A DNA stretch of 64,000 nucleotides from Trichoplax adhaerens (GCF_000150275.1 NW_002060944.1:1474911-1538910), one strand, 5' to 3'; positions 50,701 through 64,000 are shown, counted from the first letter of the stretch. Notes: generated from the sequence alone by a model not told the origin. Numbers and translations are program-made.

Positions 50701-53700
50701 GAAGATTTCTTTTCCTATAATTAGCTCAGGTTCCTGATGAGCATCCTGAAAGTTCATTTTTGTGCTGCCAAGTCTTTTTTGTCGAAAATTAGGCTCTATG
50801 GAAGATCGTTTATTATTTATAAAATAAATTGATAAAAGTGGTTAGAAAATCAGAATGGTTGTGCATTTTTGCACTACGATTCATTTCATAAATAATTTTA
50901 TAGACCAAATGCTTAAGTATCCGGATAGATGACCAGTTCAGAAGCATTAAAATTTACTTAATTATGATCTAACGTATCATATATGAATTAGAGGATAAAA
51001 CTCATATATAGCTGTTTATACAGCGATAAAATTTAAAATTATACTTATGCATGTTCATGTCTAAACTTATATTACCTTCATCATCGTTCTCATTACCAGG
51101 ATTTTCAATGTCATTAATTTCATCTATTCTTGTCTCTTGTTGAGAAGTATTATTATCACAAAATTCAGGAAAAGCGTTATCGTCATTGATAGACGGTGAA
51201 GACGGCATGGGAATTCTTAACGTACTTCTCCTGCTCCTATAATTCCAAAGTAATAAAGGCTGTTATAGTTTTCGTTATGATTTTTGTGTCATTACATAGC
51301 AATATTAAGTTGAATGTATGACTGAATGAATAATCATTTTTGCATGAATATAATTTTCAACTTTAAAATCAGCTACTGCATTATAAATTTATTTACGCTT
51401 TAAATTAAAACTGAGTTTTAATATGTGACTTTGAAATTTGCTAATACTCTCATACCTTTGATTTGATCGTCCGTCTGTAGATGCTATAGACAGTGTTCTA
51501 ATACTTTCTCGTGGTCTATCATCTGTACCATATTGCCCATCACCCAAAGCTGATTGACAGCCAGAATCTTTCGAGTAATTTTTGCGCTTTATGGACAAGC
51601 GCTTTTGCAGCATAATTTCTTCGTCTTCATCCTTACTTATTTCCTGGGCTTTCGTTAAATTATCAACTGCAATGGCCAAGAATACGTTTAATAGGGTATC
51701 TGTAGGTTTCAGTGAGATTGCAGATTTTAAAGTTTTACAGTTAAGGGCAACAAGATTCTCGAGTTTGAGTTCATAAGTAATAATTTCATATTATGTTTCT
51801 ATAATTGTTGCTAAGTATAACATGAATCTACAGTTAACTATTAATAAATTATCAAGCAGTAACACGTATAAAATCTGGATACAATTTCCCAAACAGACAA
51901 GGACCACAAAGTAAAGGGAGACTGCATAGCTAACGAATTCGCCAGAGCTTCGATAGGCTCTGATACCATTATACATTACTTCATTCCAGTCCTCACCGGA
52001 AAGCACCTAAATCAATCATATAAGTAAAGCAACATTATAATATCGATCTTGGATATTAATATTATATGCAATTAAAGCATTTCTGAATAATACCTGGAAC
52101 ACAGATAAAACTGCGTGACCAAAATCGTTAAAATTACTTCTTGGTACACCTTCTGCAAAATTAAATCTAATGCAAAGAGGATTGTAAGATAGGTAAAAGA
52201 AACAAAATGAAAGTAGTATCTAAAATTAGTTGATATAAACAATTCCGCTATAACAATGTCTTGTAACGTTAGGCCGAGACAGTGTGTTGTTATACAAATA
52301 TCATAAAATGTCACCGTATCAGTTTTTTAATTAACTGAAATAGATATATAGCAGCATAATTTACCTTCCACCAAATAATTGCATTCCAAGTAATGCAAAA
52401 ACCATGATACAAAGTCCAATCAAGAAAAGTAAACTCAATATGGATCTTAGACTGCTAATTAACGAGGCTACTAAGTTACTTAGCGACTTCCAATGCCTAG
52501 ATTAAATCAAAATAAGAGAAATTGAAGGATGATCTTCTTTTGCTAATCCAGTACCAATTGTCCTTTTATTACATCTCATACATTCATTAACTATTTTTAC
52601 TTCATCTTTACGCAGCTATACTCACTTTGTTATTTCAAATATTCTTAGCAAGCGAATACATCGAAATACACTAATGCCAAGCTTCGGTCCACCAACGCTC
52701 CTAACTATAAGTTCAGCTATGCTGGCGATAACCACCTAATGATGCAACCATGGCGAAAATGTCTTAGTTAAGAAATAAACTTAAAATATAACTTATATTT
52801 TATATCCTTTTAGTACAATGTGTTGAAAGTTGAATTCATTCATAATTGACGCTTTACATGACAAATGCTTAACTATTCATAATTCAGGAGTTGGGATATG
52901 AATATTAAATTGCCCACTCAATGAATGTGTAAGCTTTATACTAACAGCAATCTATATTCGTGATTTTTAAGACTAATCAACGTTAAATGTCAAAAACTTA
53001 TTTGCGTCAATTATGCCAACTTGTGAGATTTTTCTCATTATTCGTAAGTTAAATAAATTACTTATAAGAATGCTCTCATTCAACACGTTGTGATAATAAA
53101 GAGAACGGCACGAAGATATGCATTGTATGTGCACCTAGAAATATACACAATCGTATATGGCATAATAGTGTAACAGCTTAAACGATATAACTGTAAATTT
53201 CGTGTTATACAGAAAACTGGTGCATACATGAGCCAAATTAGAAGCCCTAAATAATATTTAAATTGAAACCTAAAAATAACGAGTTTTTACAAAAACTCAT
53301 CTCTTAAAACAGAAGCTAGATATAAAACTATATATATTCAGGCTAAATTTTTATATTACTAAGTTATAAAATATTAGGGCATTAAAATTATGGCCAAGTT
53401 CAATACAAATATTCCATATCGGTACTTTTTGGGGTCTACTTTTATCTTTTCAAGCACCTCAACAAACTAGTAATATTGCATGAAATATCATTAGTCTTTT
53501 AAGCCTATGATAATATACTACTTAATTTATATCATAATTGATAATTCGGTACACGATATGATAATTTTCTACAAAAGTATTTAGGAGATTTGAACTCATA
53601 GATTAGATACTAAAGCCTATGGCAAGTAGGTCTCATATTTAGCATATGACCTTAATACGGGTGTAGAGAATGGCTTTACTTAGATGACATCTTTAGGCTA

Positions 53701-56700
53701 GTGGTGTACGACTGAAAGAGCGCATGCAACCTAAGTATATGCACTAAAGATGTGTAATTGCTATATTTGATAGATTAGTCATGTGATGTTATTATCATCA
53801 TAATAATAATTACTTGATATATCATAACACCAAATGTGTTATGAGTACCAATATATAGATATGTTATGATATAAGAATGACATCGTATTGCTAGCTAGGA
53901 TTACTAAGTTAATAGATTAATTCTATCCAAAATCCTACTGATAATCCTGCGTAACATCGCATTGATTTTATTTTTGTTATTGATCAATTCTAACAGTATA
54001 TAAGTAGCTTCGCTATCCCTCTCGACGGAGAGTCCTAAATTAAGATCTGTGGCTTATGTACTATTATTATTACTCAAAGTAGAATACCAATAAAGCTGTT
54101 ATTTAAAAACAAAGAGACTTCGTTACAACGGGATTTCAGTAATCATCAGCAATTGTATTCATCAAAATTTGACTAAAGTAGTAGCAAAGCTTTCAGCCAC
54201 GAACGGTATAGTATTCCTTACGATTTGTATTTGATAGATTTTTGTAAGTCGCAGTAGCTCATAATAAATCAAAATGAAAGAATGATAGATCTTTCATCTA
54301 GTGCGCACGATATTTGGAAACTTACCGCAAAATCAAAGCAATTAAATGTTGATGAGAAGTAAAATACCGCTCCCAAACCATATAATTTTAGGATTAATTC
54401 CAAAGTAAATAACGCGACAAACACAATGTTGGTTGCTTCTGTAAGTATTCAAAGTTAATAAAACAAGAAAAAATTATTCACTATCATCAGTACCGATATC
54501 TTTAAGACAGCTATCGCTACTTCTATACGTCTAATGAGTGTTGAAGCAGATTACAATTTATGTTTTTAACTTAAGCATCACGGTCACCTCTAAAATCTTT
54601 AAGCCATAACGGCTCTCCGCTGTGTTCGGAGGCTATAGTTACTGCATTTAAAAATACTAATAGAATAACTATCCAGAAGAAAGGTCTAGATTTAACGGTC
54701 CGACGTATAGCTAATCGAAGAAATTTCTCCGATCTTTGTACCATATGTAAACAGTTAGCCCTATTAGTACACCGAAAACATTAATAAATCCTGTTCCATT
54801 CTGAATTTATCAAGTTATAAAATTTCCATTTCATATAGATTTTAAATCGGAGCATTTTTAAATAGTAAACTATTCACACCTTGGAGAATGTGTTGTTGTT
54901 GCATAAGCTTTCGTATTTATCGGATTTTCAGATAAAGTGATTTCCGCTAATTCAGCTACTTGATCCTGCTCTGCAAACTGAAATATCTCTGATCTGGTAT
55001 CAAAATGTGGAGCTAGATAAAAATGTATAAAGATATGAAGATTGCAATGCAATAAGAACGAATTGCTGGAAATAAATTTAGCACTGAAATGCCCTTATTT
55101 AAGATTCTTTAATTCTTGCAGATTGGTAAAATTTTTTGGTTTATGCGTACAGTTGCAAATACTCACCCGTTTCTTCTTCTTTCAGTCTCTGCTCACCTAA
55201 GATTAAATCCTCTATAAAATAGAAAAATTTACCCATATTCGTAAGTAATGCGATTATGGAAAATGATAAGTAAAATAACTACTTCTATTCAGTAAAGTTC
55301 GCTTAAATAACCTGCTCGACCTATCCATTCTAAATAACCCAAAAAGTCCCTTTCAATCTTTCGATTTTCTTGAAATTTCTTGTATTCCCTACGTTTTTCA
55401 ACTCTATCTCTCTCTTTGGCAAATTCGCTTAAAATTTAAAAATTCCTCTCAGTCATTGTAACTATTTAACTTTTTGTAAAGCTTATATGCCAGGTGAGTG
55501 GCTGCATGTTATAAGCCCTCACAATTTAAGATGGGCCTAACTGCCTAGCTGAAATTATATCTTTCCATTCCTTATTTCAGGACTAATTATAATCCATACT
55601 TTAGCAGCAGTTAAAAGTTATACTGAATGGTATACCGTACTTGCAATACTACTAATTTTTACCATTACTGTTACTTACCCGCTCAATACTCCGAGAACAA
55701 GATTTAACATAAAAAATGATCCCCAAATTATTAAGGTTAAAAAATAAAACCAGGTGAAAGTACTACCAACCGCATTATTAGTCTAAATGGTAATATATTA
55801 AAGTACATTCATGTGTATTAGATAACAATATTCAAAAAAACATTAAATTCGAGAATGATATACTGATAACCTTTACTTTAAACCGTATAATCAACTTTCG
55901 TATTATTTTACTTACATCATATAATAGATTTGTCCATCCTTCTAAGCTAATACATTGGAAGACAGTCAGTAGAGCCATGAAAATATTATCGAAGCCTGTT
56001 ATTCCATAATTAGGCCCATCATATTTATAATCACAAGTACCAAAAACTTGGTACTGTGTAGTGTTAATAACGCATCTAAATCCGGCTGATGAATTAGGTT
56101 GATTATTGCACGGACTCATGTGATTTTGGGTTAGTAATTGGCCTATGAATGAGCGAAAATAATCTTTTATCTTCCAGATTGAAGCTATATGCATACACGT
56201 ATCAGATAATTTGTAATAAATTGCCCATTACGCAAATAGTCACTCAATTCTTATAAACTACAGCCTTTGATTTAATCACTATCCTACAACATTGCTATAA
56301 AGCAATTATCAAAAGGGCTTAGCCAGACGATACCATATAATGAACGTTATCCACAAATTAGTAAAGTTGCTATTGGGATATTTATGCCGTAAATAACATT
56401 CAAATCAATGTAAAATGTCTACGATAATAATTTACAATCATGATAAATCTTCTATCTTTGTTAATAATTATAATTGATCGATCCTCATCAGGTTACAACA
56501 AAGGCCTTAGCAAATTATAGTTAAAAATAGTTTTTATCTCAGATCGGTTATTTAAGAATAGTAAATTTAAGTGGTTATTTAGATTGCACGATATCTTAAT
56601 TTCAGATATTATTTTAAGTGCTTTGCGTTTACTCGTATATATGCAAATTTTTACAACATGAATTTTTGAATGTTGATAGTTTTAAGAAAGCTGTACCATA

Positions 56701-59700
56701 CACGACTGTCATCCAAACATTAATGTGCTTGCAAGTATTAACGTTCAAAACCTGCCCTCTTATATGTGTGCAACCTCGCTAACAAAGTATAACAAATGGG
56801 CAACCACTTAAAATCAATTATGTCTATTTTCGTAACCGCAGAAATGACATGATTTAGCATGATAAATGATATTGTGTACACGTATGTGACTATTGTAATC
56901 AAAACAACTATAATCTATTACACCTATTACACTTCTCCGTAAATGCCTCCGAAGTAAACAAATGATCTCGAAGGATTGAAAGATATGATTTACTTTTCTA
57001 TTTCTATATTGCTGTAACTACACATAAAATGAAAGTGCTGCTTTATTTGAGCCAAGAATAAGATATTGTATGGTAATAATCAGCTTCATTGCTACAAACT
57101 GTTACTGATGCAAAAATATCGCATCATTTCCAATTATCATTAATCTTGTAGCAAATTTCACTAGTTTTAATCCGTAACGGGTATCATGGTAATAACGAAA
57201 TAAAATCATTTTCATAGCATTCACGATGTATTGTAGTAAGTAATATCATGTATTAAAACCTTACACATACCAGTCCGTGGATCACGACAACCAAGATGAA
57301 ATTTGCCTAAAAAGAATTCCATTCCAATAATAGAGTATATAACAATTACAAATAAAACTAACAAGCTGATTTGAAAAAGAGGTCCCATTGCAGTTAAAAG
57401 AGATCTTAAGACAATTTGTAAGCCTAACAGAGAATGAAATAGAAATTAGCTATTAAATCAATGCAAACTTGAGACATTTCATATAATTATATATAAAACA
57501 CAGCATTAAAACTATTTAATGGAATCAGGCTGATAAAGGTTTTAACTCACTGGGCATGCCAGAAACCAATTTCAATGGACGCAAAACGCGCACAACACGT
57601 AAAATTTTAACGTCAATTTCATTTGACGCAGCGTTGATCAAAATACTAATAAACTCTTTTAAGATCTCTTATCGAAGACGTATTGAAACTCCTAATTTCN
57701 ACAGAAAAGGAAATACAGATATGATATATATACATTATGTAAATATTTAAGCTGCAGATGAATAAGGTATTGCAGTAAATCTTATTTTTACAGGATAAGT
57801 TTATAGTTTAAAATTAGTGGAATAAACACAATGAAACTATTTAGGTATTTGTCTATTCTATAATTCTACACATACCCTACAACTACTATGAGGAAATCTA
57901 AGATATTCCAACCACTACGTAAGTAAGCCTGTGGATGGAAGAAAAAACCTTTGGCGATAATTTTCAAAGCAGCTTCAATACAGAATACAACCAAGAAGCC
58001 AATTTCAGCATTTCTTTCCTAAAATATTTGTAAGGAAGAACTTATAATTTATCTGGTCTTACTTTATCAGATTTCAAAAGCGTTATCTTAACAATTGTAT
58101 TTGATAAGAATAACACAAACATTTTATACTAAACATATTACATTATAACTACACATAGACTAGTATTCTCTCTTCTATACGTTGGAATACTCAAAAGTAG
58201 TATTAGATAGTAGACCAGTCAGGTGTAAACAAATATCTAGACGGATATATCAACACAAAAGCTATTTAGCATCAGTTATGATAGACATGGAACTTTGAAA
58301 TTCAATAAAGGGGAAATATAGTAATGATAATGATACATTCAATTGCTAATCTTCAATAATTAAGTCTTCGTACTATAAATAAGGTTCATTACAGAAGGTA
58401 ATCCTAAATTCTCTTCGAAAACTTCTTGTTGTTATTAGGTAGTAACGTCATTTCATATTCATTTCGGAACATATTTGCGACATTGGTAAATTGGCACAAA
58501 AAAATTCGGTTTAAGTCAGAAGTCCTCATAACTTTAATGGTCAGGAAAAATAGAATTTGTGTAATTCAGTAATCAAAATCGCGCATAAGTATTCCAACTG
58601 CTTTGTAATATTTCTTTGACAGTGAATGAAAAGCATAAAAAGGAGTCTAAATTTGTTTCATTTTCTTGCTAATGGCGATGGCTACAACAAAAGTACCGTA
58701 ATAAAGATCTCACTTTAATCTATGAATTAAAATAATTTTACAACGGTTATGGAAAGTTTTCAATATTTATTACCGCATTTTAAATAAAATTTGAACTAAC
58801 CTAAATGAAATTATCATATTAATTTCCGAATTATCGTATGACCGAATATATTAATGTAGAAACTTTAAGACAGATGGTAAATATTAAAGTTAAAACAGGG
58901 TAGACGTATTCGATATACTGAGTTCACATTTTTGAATGCGGTAACTTAATGTCGCTTAACTCGCAATAATATCCCAAAGGGCGGTACTGTAGATACACGA
59001 TGAGAAGATATAAACAGTAGAAAATAAATAGTATAACCAATGTTTGGTAGAGTATTTATGCTCTGAGAACCGCAATATTTAAGTATTACGATTATAAAAA
59101 TCCAAAACGTAAAGTGTCTAATAGGCTATACAAAATACTACATACACCTATTAATTGATAATTCTGAAATTTGTGAGTTAAGAATTTTAAGTATCGAAAT
59201 ATCGTGTCTATCTACCTGTGGGCTAGACCACTTAACTAGAGAAGTCGCAATATTCTCAGAATATAAGTTAAAATAAATAATCCTCGCTAAAATTTCTATT
59301 TCAATTAACTGAATAGGATGATAAGAAGTGAACTACGTTATTTCATCTAATGATTGGAAATTTTCTGATTAAAGTTAGATTGCTAATCAATTATATGAAC
59401 AAGCCGATGATCGATGAAATTAATCCGAAAAGATTTTGGCTTCAGCACTCAATCGGTCTATTACGAGTATCAGTGGTATCTAGTGACACCAGAATTCCGT
59501 ACGGTACTCAAAAATGATCCCTTTTCTTATAAAATAAAAAAATTTAAACCAATAAAGTAACACGTATAGTCTGTTAGAAATTGGTTTAAACTTTATTGTT
59601 AACTTACTGGTAAATATCAAAGGCGTTATTTGCCTGCCCCCCTGCTGAAATATAACGATTATCGTGTTCGTTATATTAAGTTGTAATAGTCCTTTTCTTC

Positions 59701-62700
59701 ATTTAAAGTCACTTTATACCATCATGAACTATTTTAATATTTACATTACTTTATAAATCACATGCTATTTGTGTGCTTAGTCAAAATTTTCTGAAAAGTT
59801 CTCTTATAATGGCTACGAGACATTATAGTACCAATGTAGGCATCATGACGCATCACCTGACGCATGAAAGGGAAATTTTTAACTTAGTATGGCACCTATT
59901 TATCATTCTCCAAAACGTTGTTAACGTAATAATAACTTTCTATGTTAAGAATACGTATAGGTATGGTAATCGCACTAAAATAACATTCTCCGTGCTTTTT
60001 AATTTACATAAAGATACAAAAATCCCAGAATATACATATTCATACGAAAGATTGCAGATGTAGAAGAGATCGTTAAGGTATCGTGTAGCCTAGCTACGGC
60101 CTTAAGGAAACCGCGTCTAAAATACAATCAAACCGAAAGCTATTCGAAGTAGAATAATTGTAGATCATTTTAATTTTAACAGTAAATGAAAATAAACTAT
60201 AGCCCAATCAAAGGCGTATTAAGAATCAGTCTATTGAATTCTAGTCAATCTGGTGCTGCCTAGCTTTGTGCATTAACAACAAATTGTATTATTCTGTGAT
60301 AAACTGAACATTCCAACTATACGCATATATCTAAATGACTTCGATTTTAACACTTAAGTTTTGTTGCAAGATTATTCCATTCTAATATAATAACTCCTTA
60401 GCTATGTGGCCAATTAGGTTTGGTTCTAAAGTGGCAATTTTAAACCTACTTTACTATATTTCTGTCTACTTACAAGTAATAACAGAAAATCAGCATTAAG
60501 CGATTGCAATAAAACTAAAAATAAACTAGCACAGTATAAAAGCGGTCTTACGATCTAGGTAGGGACTTTATGCAAACGGCTTACAATATTATATCTGTAT
60601 TTCGATCAAGTAGTGAGAATAATGGATTACTTCCGATGTTATGATAACCCTAACTTTAATATTCGCATTTAGACCAGTGAAACCGTAAAAAGACTGTAGG
60701 ATATTCCTTTCGCTTAATTTAAGAAAGGAAGTTGTTTAATGCCAAAGAAGCGACATTACATTACAAAATCTAAACAACGTAAGTGTATATTTTAATGAAA
60801 CTGTATATTCACACCAAAATCTAATGGTCTGTTCGTAAACATAATCTTAATTTAGCTCACGAAGTATTGAAATATGAGTGAGCACCCTAAAAATTAAAAG
60901 AGAATCGATAAAATAGAATAGTGCTAGATGAAATCAGTGATAATATCAAAGTCTTCTTCTATTATGCTTAATTATTACTTATACGTCACGGAAATGCGAT
61001 AGAAAATCTAATTCCAGATACACATGCAGAAAAATTTACTAGTTATTATTATTACATCAAGTTATATCAAAGCGATTGTAAAACAATGTCTGTAATCCTT
61101 AAAAAACAGATTAGAGTAATCGGATAATCCTATATTGCAATAGTATGAACATGTTTAAATTTGAAAGAACTAACAAGAACTAGCGTGTACTGTATTATAA
61201 TCTAATTTATGAATTGCTCATATACTGAAATTTTTTATGACTGGAACTGTGCTGTACTTCTTTCAATCAATATAAATTGCACATCGTGATAAATATAGGA
61301 TTCTACTAAAAATTCTAGCGAGTATCTTTTATATATTACTCCGAATTAACTACTTTTACAAATTAATCTTATATCATTCTATTCACCTTATTTAATTATG
61401 TATGATATCATAAGCAAATGTAGTTATTTGCAAGATCTGAACATCAATTTAAACATTATCTTATTTTAGGAATTGGCCATATCATAATCATTTAAAGAAA
61501 TAAGCCCATCCTTCAATCCGCAAAACAGATTGAGTAAATCAAATTAAATCCTATATTACATTATTATAGTAGGATGATTTTCAGCAACCACGACGCAATA
61601 TTGGCTCAAGGATCAGTCAACAGTTCATTTGAACGGACAATTTACTAGTATTGTTGATATGTGTTTAGTAGATATCATAAGTATCGCTACTATTTACATA
61701 CGATAGTTCAGAAACCAAGAATATATCGCATACATGGATTCTCTTTTACGAAATAATAATACCTTAGTTGGACGCAATACAAATTAAGAAAAGGTAGCAA
61801 TATGAAGGATAGTAATTTTAATAGTATTAATCGATTATTCTGCTCATAACATCGGTTCGACTTCGTAGTACACAATCCAGCTTCTTTACTGAACTGTAAA
61901 CTAATTCCATGAATCGATAATATTATAAAGATTGAAGTATTTTCAGAAGGGAATAAGCTGAAAGTAATAATAAAGTATCGCCTTTTCCCTCGTATTCATA
62001 TTTTTTAAGTCTTTAATATCATCTTAAATTCGTGAAACGAACGTAAGACTCAATAAGGGAAACTCTTACTGTGAAAACGATACCACCCCAATACAAAGCT
62101 GACTCAAATGGCGATTGATTTAGAATTAAAAGTATAAATTAAAACTTTTCACTGCCAGTAACCAATAGACAAAGTGTATGAGTATCCGCAGTTGCGATAT
62201 TTGCAGGTATTAGTACTTTTGTTACTTTCCTTGTACTTTCTTAGAACTAGTTTGGTATGGCGTAATTTTAACCTGCACTTTTTTTACGACTAGAGTTCAT
62301 ATTAAAAGAAAATTCTAATTATTTAAACTTCCTTTTTCGGTAATTATATGGATGAGAATCAAAATAAAATTTAACGGGAAAGAATAAAAAGTTATTGGTT
62401 GAAAAGCTAGCAAAATTTTCAATTCGAGACGTAAACGACAATATCCAACAGTAAGGATCGATTCTTAAGCTAAATATGTACGTATCTCGAAGCTCTGCTA
62501 GAAAGTCATATTGTGTCAGAATGTTGAAACGTAGCTGTAATTCTTCGAAGACAGTCGAAAAATATGGGATTCTGAGTACTCTATACGTCTCACTGACTTT
62601 CTCAATTAGATTCGACTGTGTCTAACAGACATTGCAAGTAGCTAGATATGCAGAGAAATAATTTGCATAGAAAAGTACGTTATCACATAGAGCTAGATTC

Positions 62701-63595
62701 TATTCCTAAACTTTTATGATAGCGTAACATACTTCCATACATATATTATCTATATCTAACAATTTTTTTCTAAATCAAACTACATTTTGATTGTATAAAA
62801 GAAATAATTCAATCTAGAAGCGATACACTATGATCGCTCTTTCTCGTTATTAGCAGCTAGCTACCCAGCTATCGTGCAACCGGCTATGCCATATTACTGA
62901 CTACAATAACAAAGACTACTATTTTGGTACGCTATCCTACGCAATTCATTGCTGATTAACCCACAATTTACAAATATCACATATTTACATCGGAGGGTAA
63001 GAAAAAACTACAAGGCAATTAATACTACTTCTACAAGGTATCTTTACCGAGTTGAAGGAGTAGATGGGAGAATAAAAGAAAATTTTTTACTGTACGTGAA
63101 ATTAAGTAATATCCGTTAAATCCTTTCAAATCAGTATTACCTACAGGAAGATTTATCTTTGTGATTTACGGGTGAGTATGAAACAAAATGCCTTAGAATG
63201 AGCTCAGAAGGGAAATTGGACAGAATGTGTTACCGGTTAACATATTAACACGCTTTGCGGATAGGTAATAATATCTTAATAGGTAATTACAGCTATTGAT
63301 AGCCATGTTCAATTGCATATGTACTGAAATTGCCAAATCAAATCTAAGTTAAATCTACCCGTTTACAATCTTAGCGATGAATGCTATCACCTAACAAGGT
63401 CAACCTATGCCGTAGCTCAATGGAGTTAAATTTTTATGATGCTAAGAAGCCAAAGTTCTGTAAATTACATACACGTATAACACTCTTACCAAGAGTAAAC
63501 TTATTTCCGTTGAATCGTTGTCCGGTAATGGAACATCCATAGCAAGGACGACGCAATTTGCCACTATTGTTAATATAACTAAATATTCGAAAGGA
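38778..63595 (-). CDS. Cav2: Voltage-gated calcium channel alpha1 subunit, Cav2 (P/Q-, N-, R-type) family; 5'-partial, exons 2-45
   Basis: Four 6-TM repeats with pore motifs SLEGW (I), SGEDW (II), TAEGW (III) and TGENW (IV), giving EEEE. S4 segments [73 protein letters not shown]-hand/pre-IQ, and [18 protein letters not shown], which is Cav2-like rather than Cav1 (GKFYATFLIQEYF). Last exon 38778-39742 ends NISKCTAV*. All 44 exons join in frame. Confidence 0.95.
47614..47840 (-). other. GC-AG intron right after the Cav2 domain III selectivity-filter Glu
   Basis: TAEGWP AG|GCAAGT ... ttttcag|G ATA TTA TAT TGG gives EGWPRILYW. This is the consensus GC donor context; the GT at +5 would shift the frame. 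Confidence 0.9.
51700..51882 (-). other. U12-type (or U12-derived) GT-AG intron in Cav2 IIS6
   Basis: 5'ss GTATCCAG and branch-like CCCTTAAC at 51740-51747. Splits [15 protein letters not shown], the position of the conserved minor intron in animal HVA Cav genes. Confidence 0.7.
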
Positions 63596-64000
63596 GTATA
63601 TCTGGAGTCAAGGAAACTTATTTAGAATCATAATGAAATACTAGCTAAAACCACGGCCAATAATGCCCTTTTTAAACTATGCTATTTGATTATTGCTGAT
63701 ACGAAGAAAGCGAAATAACGTAGCTGTTTATGTAACTTCTACAAGTACCACTACATGTGAAAGACTGAGCATTATGTGATATCTGTAAAAATTTAATAAT
63801 TGAAAATTATCATGGATCTTCGTGCGCTAATAATGATTACGCAATTACTAAGCTAGATAGTTATATATTAACTTATATACCTTATACAGAAACATAAAAC
63901 ATGATATTACGTAGTATATTGAGTAAATTACCGTACCTTCTTTAAAAATATTACAGCTAAAGTAAAATTAAATTGGGGTACTAACAAATAAAGTATTATT
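63596..64000 (-). other. 3' end of a U12-type AT-AC intron (Cav2 intron 1)
   Basis: Minus strand reads TTCCTTGAC (63615-63607) tccagatatAC|T CCT TTC GAA TAT (PFEY). The branch A is 12 nt from the AC, and exon 2 is 106 nt (63490-63595). The donor lies outside the window. Confidence 0.85.

Noticed and set aside
59773-60063. 96-aa plus-strand ORF in Cav2 intron 2
   Set aside because: GTG start, intron-like composition, no domain recognisable.
63408-63423. gccgtagctcaatgg resembles a tRNA A-box/D-arm
   Set aside because: No B-box (GTTCRA) or cloverleaf downstream.

Overview
AT-rich, intron-dense eukaryotic DNA from an animal. Composition, short introns and deeply diverged channel sequences suggest an early-branching metazoan, possibly a placozoan (Trichoplax-like); this is inference. 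All genes are on the minus strand and the ORF track catches only single exons, so I spliced them by hand. In transcription order the window holds: (1) a Cav2-type voltage-gated Ca2+ channel alpha1 gene with 44 exons in the window (38778-63595; exon 1 lies beyond 64000; EEEE filter, Cav2-type IQ motif). (2) A tandem array of TRPA1-like ankyrin-repeat channels sharing intron positions: paralog A 24066-36019, paralog B 8995-19764, a disabled two-exon 5' duplicate 7120-7554, and paralog C from 5759 running off the left edge. Notable details: two U12-type introns in Cav2 (the 3' end of an AT-AC intron and a degenerate GT-AG intron), three GC-AG introns (two paralog-specific), a Lys->Glu charge reversal in Cav2 domain II S4, QQIER->RKIER in the AID, differential retention of electrophile-sensor cysteines among the TRPAs, class I PDZ-type C-termini on Cav2 and TRPA-A, and an apparent excess of TACNGTA (Tc1/mariner footprint-like) heptamers. 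There are two assembly gaps. No rRNA, tRNA or CRISPR array was seen.
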